A DNA stretch of 62,654 bases, counting the filler, from Choristocarpus tenellus KU-1152 (lineage: Eukaryota; Protista; Phaeophyceae): the NCBI GenBank assembly GCA_964200185.2. It is 10 parts of 10 records of this genome, joined end to end, with 100 filler letters (N's around TTAATTAATTAA, not from the genome) between each part and the next. Parts side by side here need not be neighbours in the genome. Positions count along the whole stretch, not along the records: positions 38,913 to 42,095 come from CAXNAD020021718.1; positions 42,196 to 45,560 come from CAXNAD020020512.1; positions 45,661 to 53,003 come from CAXNAD020006306.1; 7 more parts are not named here. One strand, 5' to 3'. This document shows, one piece after another, positions 39,159-48,581 of the stretch. A program made the translations under genes and the position numbers. A model generated the notes under the pieces. The model had not been told where the DNA came from. It saw nothing but the letters and a program-made list of their open reading frames with translations, and made no database searches. Position 1 is the stretch's first letter. Each line of letters opens with the position of its first letter.

Positions 39159-41607
39159 GATGCAGATGGTTCAACCCCTCTCCACCTGTGTGCTGCGGGA
39201 GGCCATGCTGCGGCATGCAAAGCAATCCTTTGTGCACTACCAGCGGGGGGCCGCCGAGAGGCCCTGGTCAGCAAGGATGCCTCTGGCGAGACTGCTCTTC
39301 ACCTTGCTTGTAGAGATGATCGTGGTTCATGCGCAGCCACCCTCCTCTCTGAGGTATGTAGCGCAAGCCCAATGGGGGGTTAGGGTTAGGGTTAGGGTTA
39401 GGGTTAGGGTTAGGGTTAGGGTTAGGGTTAGGGTTAGGGTTAGGGTTTGGGGAGGGTAGGAGGGGAGTGCGGTTTTGGTACGATGCGATCCTAGAGGCAA
39501 CTTTCTCTTCTTTTTTTTTTCTTCATCAGTTGAGGACCAAGCGAGGTACGTTTTCATTTTTTTGTTGTTGCAGTACAACACACCACACCCCCTTTTGGCA
39601 TTAGGAGAGGTTTTATTTAATTTAATTTAAATTAATTTAATTTATTATTATTATTATTATTATTATTTTTTAAAACAGGACAGCGGGGCGCGTAAAGTAA
39701 CGGTGCGGTCTGAGTAACGCCTTTTCTGTCCGTTGAGGACGTTTTGACCACACTTCACCCGAAGAGAGGCCACGACGTTTCGTATCGACATAATTGGAAC
39801 AATAATTGGAACAATAAGTGGAAAAATAATTGGAACAATAAGTAAAAGGCCCTCGTTATCCAGCATTGACAACAACACATAATGTTATGTTGTGAGTTTC
39901 CACCTGGGTCCATATCTGTCTTCAGCGACCCACGCATTTTTCGTATCGAACTAACCGGACTAACCGTATGCATCGGCTAGGGAGCAGCACATCCAAGCAT
40001 CGCAAGGGAGTGGGCCTTCCCTTCATGCGTACTCTTCCCCTGTCATCTGAGGCTTTTGACAGAATGTCCTGTTGTGGTCTGGTCTTACTTGAAACGCCAC
40101 GCAGGTCCAGATTTTTTTTTTTTGAGGCCCTCTCCAGCCAGTGTGGAAAACCCCCCACAATGCTAACCCCCATTTATTTTTTTTCTCTCCTTTTTGAGTG
40201 TCCACCACCTTTGCCCTCTCCTTGTTGTGTCCCCTTTAGGCAGGGAGACTGGAAGGGGTACTGCAGTCGTTGGTCCTGTCTAAGTCAGGGCAAGAGGTGA
40301 CTCCGCTGATGGCGGCAGCGGGTTGTCCTTCTCTAGAGTGTGTTCAGCTGGTGGGTTGGTCTGGTGTGAGTGTTCTTTTTCTATTATTGTTAGATTGACT
40401 TTTTTTTTTTTTGAGGGGAGTAAGCTTGCATGCTTATATTGGTGCTTGCCTGCATGTGTTTATGAGTACTTTGTAATACAGTGCTTTTGGAATGAAACTG
40501 CAGCATCAAATGCAAAGGCTACACTGGGAGGGTGCAGATCAGTCTTAAGACAAGGTGTGGCGTTGGTTACTCTGTGGTGGAGGCAAGGTTCCATTATCCC
40601 TGTCAAGTGGTAGTCTGAGTAGTACTTGATTGTTCAAGAGTACTTAGTGCTAATGAAGTGTAGTGCTAATTAAGTGTAGTACTAATGAAGTGTAGTACTA
40701 ATGAAGTGCTTCAGGGACCGAAGGCAAGCATGGCAAGAGATTGGTGAATACCTTTCTTCTCAAATAGGTATAGAGGGTACTTTCTCAGGGTGAATGGACT
40801 CTTGTCCCTACTCCCCCTCCGTTTCCTCTATTCTCACCACCTCCACACCATATCTATCGACTGCTAATTTGTGATAGGTCTTATCGTCCTTGATTAGCCT
40901 CAACTTCACTACCCCAGGAGAAAGGCTTGCAGTGTTGAGGACTGCTGATGAGGCTGGCATGACTGCAGTGCACTGGTCTGCTGGCCGGGGCGTGGAGGGT
41001 GCATTATCTTGTGTGACCCTCATTCTAGAGGAGGAAAAAGTGTTGATTGGAAAGAGGTTCCCAAGGTTGGGTCGAGCTGAAGGTGAGCAAGAAGTAAGCA
41101 GCTTGGGGAGGGGTGGAGCTGTGGTGGGATGGTTGTGTAATTGTTTGTGTGTGCGTGACGGAGCAAGTGAGGGCATTAAGTACGCGTGATGGAAGAAAAG
41201 TTTAGTCGCGTACTTGAGACTAAGACGTATAATTTCCTCTGTTTCCAATGTCAACAACACCGGGTCACTGTGTAGCTTGTGTAGCTTGTGTCAGATTGAA
41301 TGTGAGAAGTGTTGCAAGACCTTCTGTAGTGATGAGAACTTGTATGTGAACAAGAGGCGATTGTATCCTTAGCTTCCTGTTTGTACCTGGTGCCAAGGGC
41401 TTGGAAGAGCAGTACCTTTTGTGTTTTTTTCATTGTTCTGGAAGATGTAAAGTCCATTACTTCACGATTTTGATGTATTCCATTCTACTTCACTCCTGGC
41501 ATCAAGGTGTTCCAACCTGGGATGCTGGAGCTATGCTCAACACTGGCGATGCAACCAACGGGGCTACCCCCTTGCATCTGGCTGCTTCCATTGGTGATAA
41601 CAGCATG
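39159..41607 (+). CDS. Ankyrin-repeat protein, internal exons (39159-39353, 40240-40350, ~40482-40553, 40918-41083, 41507-41607)
   Basis: DADGSTPLHLCAAGGH, DASGETALHLAC, TPLMAAA, DEAGMTAVHWSA, NGATPLHLAASIGD, with phase-compatible GT-AG sites. Confidence 0.85.
39380..39445 (+). repeat. Interstitial telomere-type repeat (TTAGGG)11 inside an intron
   Basis: Perfect array of 11 TTAGGG units. Confidence 0.97.
39786..39843. repeat. 12-bp minisatellite (ATAATTGGAACA), ~4.5 units
   Basis: Read directly from the sequence. Confidence 0.85.
40645..40709. repeat. 16-bp minisatellite (TAGT(G/A)CTAATGAAGTG), ~4 units
   Basis: Read directly from the sequence. Confidence 0.85.
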
Positions 41608-42195
41608 GTAAACCTGACAGAAAGTTGTGGTTGAGGGCATTGAGTTCAGAGACTGATGGAGTGTGCAGAGATGGGGTTTCATCATGTATACTGTGTTAGC
41701 ACCTCATACACAGTTCTTTTAATTGTGCTGGAGATTGATCCCCCACGCCTTCCAGGACATGTGAAAGCAAGACAACGTACACTGATCATGAATGAGATTC
41801 ACACATGCCAACACACGCACACACACACTCATGCTGTACATCCACTATCCAGACTACAACCACCTGCTATTCCACTCCCCCCCTCTTTTGTATCCTAACC
41901 CTAACCTTGAGAGCCCCATCCTTCTTCCCCCCCCCACAACCACCTAGTTACCTTCCACCATCCAGCCCCTTCCAACCTATTGACCTGAATAAATTCTCCT
42001 TGGTCTCCACCCCTGTTCCCCCTCCTACTTTTTGTACAATTATCCACCCGGGTCGAAGTATCTGGGGGGGGGGGGGGTCCGCGTCCGTTTTTACCNNNNN
42101 NNNNNNNNNNNNNNNNNNNNNNNNNNNNNNNNNNNNNNNTTAATTAATTAANNNNNNNNNNNNNNNNNNNNNNNNNNNNNNNNNNNNNNNNNNNN

Positions 42196-45100
42196 CCGAC
42201 AGAACCCCCTTCGCCCGTATCCTCCCTGTCTGGCAGTCCGTCCCCTCCCTCGTCTTCGTCCCCTCCCTCGTTTCCATCCCCTCCTCTGTGTTCGCACCCT
42301 CCCTTGTCTTCTTTCTCATGGCCATCTGATGCCGATCCATTGTTGCTCTCGACGTCTGCGCCACCGCCATCACCGCCCCGCCCGCTGTGAACCTGGTGGA
42401 GGTTGACCTGGTTGAGGACTTCCTGGTATTTCCCATCCCAGGTGGAGAGGTAAGCGCGTAGAGTTGAGTCCTTCTCGATAATCTGGTGTTGGACACGGCG
42501 GAGGATGTTGTTCAGAAGAGGAGGGGACGATGGTGACGTTAAAATGGGAGAGTTTAACGGAATTACGATAGCATGTCAACCGAACGGAGCAAGCCTATCG
42601 GTTTATGTGGTGAACGTGTTTAATGGAGGCGGCTTGCGGGAAGAAATAGTTTGAAAGAAGTCTTTGTCGAGGACGCCAGTCTGTCTGTAGGTTACGACAG
42701 TGACGCGTGTTGGACGCAGAAACGAGGTGGAGATTGACGAAGATCGTTGTCTAGAGTAGAAGGAAACGATTGGCTATTCCCGCTATTAGCAACGAAAGAC
42801 TAGAATTGACAAAACAGCATCGTTTGTTGTAGGGAAGGTAACTCTGTCGCTCATGATGATGACGAAGACCCACTATCAATCCTACCAAGCGTCAACTAAT
42901 TGTTTTTGTACAATCCATTTCAGCTGTATTTACCAACACAGGAGGCACACTCACGGCTCTGACCCGTTGCAGAGGTTTCATTTCGACTACCGTCGCGATG
43001 TTTGCCCTCAGCTGCCGGACGGGCCCCGCTTGTTGGTCGCCAGATGAAACCTTCTGCAGAAGTTGGGCTACCTCCCTCTTCCTCTCCTCGTGGAGGGGCT
43101 TGACCAAGATGTCGTGCATATTGCCCTTCTCATATGCGAGCTTGTTCATTTCCCTGGCAGCCCGTGCATCATTCACGTAATGTCCCAAAAATAGTTTTGC
43201 AACAGTCAATAAGTGCGGTGCCAAAAAATATGCTGACAGTATATTTTGCAATTGAGGGGCGCATGGCCACGTATGGGTGCACAGGAGATACGGAAAAGGA
43301 AAAAAGGAAGATAACCGCTGTAAGTTCCACCATTTACCAACCTTTGGAGCTCTGGTGTCCACTTCTTCTTGAACACAATCTGCCTCGTGCGCGATAGAAC
43401 CATCTCATACATGTGCGCGTCTGATTCGATCTCCTTGTAGTCCCTCGCCGTAGGAACCTTCCCATTGAACGACTTGTATCTGCAAAAAAAGAATGGCCAT
43501 GAACGACGTCAACGAGAACAATGCGCAGGTAATGATGGCGAAAGGGTCGCCCATGCATTAAATATTCATGGATCGATTGTTGTACTTCATGACAGACAAC
43601 AGCGCACATAAACAGGAAACACACACTGTTGGTAGAATCTACACAATACTACGAAGTGTTCTTCGTTCGACACAACAATGGCCGACAATATTCTTCATCG
43701 TAGGAGACACTTATTTCACGTCAATGTGCAATGTCCTGCGACCTGCATACATTGTGCTTACTGCTATCTACACGTTAGAACACAGTGGCGGTTTGAGTTG
43801 CCTAGCAAGCAGATGGATGCATAGCCCCTGCTTGAGAGAAGTGAAGCCGGCAAACTCATTGCGACTGAGATAGGTCTGTGTGACTGCGTAGCGGTCGACC
43901 TGTGGTGCCGAGCTCTCACACACTTCCTTCAGTACCTCGAAGGACTCTGGTTTAAGGGCCTTTACGCCTTTCTGCCAGTTTCGTACAGTTGATTTCGGCA
44001 GGGGAGTAACACCCACCTTCGCGATGGGCAGAAAATAAAAATATCATGCACCCAGTCAGCGAGGATGAGGCATCGTTATTACCGCACCAACGGAGTATGT
44101 ATGAGTGGGGGGGGGTGTTATTCAGCGGCCTGGCCTAATGATAAAACAAACAAGGATATATTTATTGTTCGTCTGTGGCAAACCACACATACATACTACT
44201 ACCTGGTCACCCGTAAATCCATAGGTTGGTTGGCAGGGTTCCTAAACGCGGGATAACTATGTCAACTTAGGTAGAATAGGAGGACACAGAGGGATTTCAC
44301 AACAGCTGTAACCCAACTAGAGGAGGACTATAGCGCCACCATCCCACTAACGTTGACAACTCCCTCACCTTTTTGTACATGTTGCGGATCTCTACTATTG
44401 ACACTTCTTTTTTCTTCGTCTGCTACTTGATAGATTCTTGGAGCTCACGCTGAAAATATATCTTATCGTACAGTGTGCACTCAACCACACTCTCGGTCGA
44501 GTCTTTGAATGCTATAAGTGTGGCGATCCAGTGGGCGAATGGGACAAGGGTTAGGTAGGGAGCGGTCGCGGGACACACGCGGCATGCAGTACTGAGCAAC
44601 ATGCTGCTGCGGACAGAAATACCACGAGGGATAAAAAAGATCAAGAACGAAAAGATCCTCAATGGACTGACTGACGATGAACCAAGGTAAGGAAACTCTG
44701 CAACAACTTTGTACATCACAACAGTCATCAGGCGATCATGGAACAACGAAAACACTCAACTTACTTTGTTGCTTAGTCCATGAGAGGAGTCATCAGGCAA
44801 TCATGGAACAACAAAAACACTCCATCACCCACCGTTTGCAATTAGCCCCTCTTCTCCTTGGTTGAACTCCATGTAGACCCGCATCATGAAAGCGCGTTCG
44901 GGATCAAACTCTCTCTTCAGCACCGTTATTCTATGGTTTCAGTCCAGTGTACGTCCTTGAATGGTAAGCGCAGTTTCGGCGGTGAGCTGGTCCCCACTAC
45001 CTAAACAGTCTCCCTGGATTACGATAGACGGAGCAAACTGCTCCAGCCAGCCTTTCTCGTGGATGGACTTGCTTACGCGCGCAAGGCCACTCTCGCTCAG

Positions 45101-45268
45101 TGGACGCACCATCTCTGTGCATCTGATTTTGCCCAATTTAATCCGGTACGTGCCGAGATAGTGATCTTGTAGGAGCGATGGCATGCCCTTCAGATTGCTG
45201 TTCCACGTTCTCCATCCGTGGGCAGGGCCATCGGCGGGCGGGTGGGTTGTTGAGGGAATGCTGGACAT
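42196..45268 (-). pseudogene. Spliced ParB/Sulfiredoxin-like N-terminal domain + HTH-like gene with two in-frame stops; exons 45268-44833, 44511-44369, 44016-43802, 43479-~43338, ~43194-42956, ~42422-42196
   Basis: VRPLSESGLARVSKSIHEKGW..FAPSIVI..RTLD*NHRITVLK (DGNHR motif with TGA in place of Gly); PKSTVRNWQK helix; TAG at 44423-44425; first four exons phase-consistent. Confidence 0.7.
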
Positions 45269-45501
45269 GGCGAAAATTGAGAGGGTGTAACGGGGATCGA
45301 TAAATAACAGGTCCGCGTGGTATGTACGGAAGGGAATGAATTGAAATGAGGACAGAGGGATGGGAGGTGCTGCTTCATTTCATCTGGTCGGTCTGTCTTC
45401 AAAGCTCAGATTTGTCTTTCCCTTGAGAATTGTGTTATAATAAATACCAATATCGAACAGCATACAATTTCATACTGAAAAGAGACAGAGAGTAAATGTT
45501 T

Positions 45502-45560
45502 GAGCAAAAAGCATCTTAGAGGGTAGAGCCGCATCCATTTGGGGGTCAAAATACAATGTT
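45502..45560 (+). mobile_element. MITE family 1 terminus at contig end
   Basis: GAGCAAAAAGCATCTTAGAGGGTAGAGCCGCATCCATTTGGGGGTCAAAA. Confidence 0.85.
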
Positions 45561-45829
45561 NNNNNNNNNNNNNNNNNNNNNNNNNNNNNNNNNNNNNNNN
45601 NNNNTTAATTAATTAANNNNNNNNNNNNNNNNNNNNNNNNNNNNNNNNNNNNNNNNNNNNATATTCTTAACAAAAAGATCTTGCAATGATGGGATTCATA
45701 TAGCTATGTCGGATGTAGATAGAGAACCCTCAAAATCAAAGGAATTCCGGTTTCGTGACAACTGAGCAACAAGGACGTCGTTATCTTACAAGTGCAATGA
45801 TGGCAGTAGTAGTTAGTTGTGACTTGGAA

Positions 45830-45994
45830 GGGTCAAAGTATCTGGGGGGGGGGTGGGAGGCGGTTTGTGAGGGGGCGTCCGTTTCGGTCAAACAACTCTT
45901 TTTTTTGCGACCAAATCACACCAATAAAGTGAAAATCGAAAAAAGGGTGAAAAACGGACGCCGACACCCCCCTCCCAGACAGATACTTTGACCC
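45830..45994 (+). mobile_element. MITE family 3, full copy, 4-bp TSD GGAA
   Basis: GGGTCAAAGTATCTG...CAGATACTTTGACCC flanked by ggaa/ggaa. Confidence 0.88.
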
Positions 45995-46421
45995 GGAAGC
46001 ATTACAAATACCATCTATGTCATACTTTTTTTCTTAGTTCTAGTTTCGACTATCCTAATTTGATTGAGGTAAGAACTATGGGTTGTACACCAGTTGCACT
46101 GTACTGCCGATAATCCACGATAAATGCCAGACCAACGAGGTGACAGTGCTAAGCATTACCGAGCAACACTAATGTGGGTCGAGCACAAGATTCGAGAGAG
46201 GAGGTGGAGTACCGAGCAACAAAATAGCTAAACCCAACACACAAGAAGGAAGGTGCGAACACGCATTCAAATTATGATTGTAGTGCAAGAGTTCATTACA
46301 GTAGTATGTAGTCGAAAAGAGTGGTATAGTTGTGTAGTTTTTATAGCCTCTGACCACGGGTTGCGTTGTTTGTCACCAGCCCAGACACAGTGGAGATAAT
46401 AGTATTTTGTAGGGAAATAAA

Positions 46422-46679
46422 GAGCCAAAGTATCTTAGTGGTAGAGCCACGTCCATTTGTGGGGCAAAATTCAATGTTGCGATTTTGATGTAATTTTGAC
46501 TATTGTGTTTGTTAGGAAGTGTCAATATCCTTGTTCCGGACACACCTTTTAATGACGTATATATATAACCTACTCTGAAATGTTTCGGGGTAGGTAAAAT
46601 GTCATAAAATACCTGTGGGAAGCCAAGTCCCAAATGGACAAACAGGACAAACCTCGTACCCTCTAAGATACTTTCACTC
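46422..46679 (+). mobile_element. MITE family 1, full copy, TSD AAA
   Basis: GAGCCAAAGTATCTTAG...CTCTAAGATACTTTCACTC flanked by aaa/aaa. Confidence 0.93.
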
Positions 46680-47712
46680 AAACATGACATATTTAAGTTA
46701 ATAGCACAAATTTTGAATTGGCTAAAGTATATCCATATGCTCTGGAGTACTCAATTATAATCGAAACGTATACACAGACCACGAATCGAGGGACGGGATC
46801 CACCATGCTCGTTCTGCAGTCTTTCTCTCAAGATATGCATGGATTGAGAGGTTTGAATTTCAACCACCAAACCAAAGTGGTATGGTGTTAAGGGTTGCCC
46901 AAATCCTCAGACAGCAGTGGAGAAGGTGATAGAGAACTGCGACAACATGAAGACTTGACGCCACTGGTGGACAATACAGGACGAGAAGGTTCGATGTTGC
47001 AATTAGTTCAAGTTGACGGACATGTTGAGAAGAAAGGGACAAGAAATACAAGGCCATTGTTCCCAATGAATGTATGGCATGGAGCAAACTTTAGTGGTGT
47101 CTTTATACTTACATATTTATTTTTCTTGGAGTTTTGATAACCATGAACAATGATCCTGACTGGATAGGAGAACACCATACATACTACTACCCAATTTGTA
47201 CAACTGGACTGACATTGCCTCAAGACTATGATAGAACTACTGTTGTGAAAGGTGGGATGTAAATGAGGGTAGAGTCGCTGGAGTTGAGGACCATTGTTCT
47301 CCCAATGGTCTCATGGTCTATCGATGATCAAATATCATTATTAAGGTACTCGATTAATATTTCCGATATTTCGGTGGAGACCAACAGAGAAGTCTAAAGT
47401 TCCAGGGGATGGTAGTTAAGGGTTGAAATAGCCCACACCTGACTGACATCTCCCATCCCGACCTGTCGTCAGAGACACCGAGCAATGTTGTTCTACCACT
47501 CTTCTACTTCATCTCATACTAACTAGTCAAAACAAAATGATTGAGGTGTGCTAGAGTGTAAACTAATTCTTCCACTAGAGCCAATATTTTACTGCCCCCT
47601 TTCATACCTTCCTTGGTTCTTGTGTCGGGCTCAGTCATCCCGTTGGTTGTTGCACCACTTGTTGCGCACACCTTCTCCTCATTCCCTCGACTCTCGTGCT
47701 GGACAACCTCAC

Positions 47713-47764
47713 TCCTTGGTATCCTTGGTGTCCTTGGTGTCCTTGGTGTCCTTGGTGTCCTTGG
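47713..47764. repeat. 9-bp tandem repeat (TCCTTGGTG), ~6 units
   Basis: Read directly from the sequence. Confidence 0.9.
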
Positions 47765-48581
47765 CAATGAAGAATCCTTCCCCACCCCGCGTTCTTGGTC
47801 TGGGCATTTGTGGTATGGTATTGCCAAATAAGATCGCACTATAGATTATAGAGACGTATAAAATCGGTAGTATTGCCACATCAACTTGGATAATTGAAAC
47901 AAGATTTCCATAAGAAGGATGACATTGATGAGATTGCCAAATCCAAACCTCCACAACCACCTCCCTATTCACCTTCCGTTCTTGAGTAACCCTCAACTAC
48001 TTCTATCATTATTTTATGTCACTCTAGAATGATAGATAATGGTCAGCCATACAGTTCTACATTATATATTCTAATGCCATCTGACATTTTGCAGATATGT
48101 CAGGGAAAAAGTCAAACCAATATCACAAGGACCCTGTAAAAGTAACAGTTGTCATTGATGTGAAAGACATCTCTCCAAATCTATTTACGATTTGAGTACC
48201 ACCTACACTACAACACTCCCTTCTTGAAGGCTCGAAATTACAATGTGATGTGTACACTACTGCTATGCCTCCAACCTAGCTTAACTCTACACAACTAGAC
48301 GAGGAGCTAGGGAAGCATCCTAAGAATCTGACAGACCTATCCTTGTTCATCTTCTTTTGTGTCTATTGTGTCTATTGTTGGTGGTGTTCTACACCATATT
48401 AATCCAATTTAAATAATTGATAATCGATATATTTGAATCGTTTCGAGCCGATTACTCATGAGTTCTTTCGATTCCCAATAGTTTTGAAGTTTGTAGTTCC
48501 ACCTTCTCCCTTTTGCACCTTACTAAGACGTAACGAGAACGCTAATACATTACAGTGCCCTGTGACACTGGCTAGACCGAA

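Noticed and set aside
44939-44941. In-frame TGA in the D*NHR motif as selenocysteine or programmed readthrough
   Set aside because: The position expects Gly (GGA to TGA is one change), and a second stop (TAG at 44423-44425) plus a damaged acceptor point to decay.
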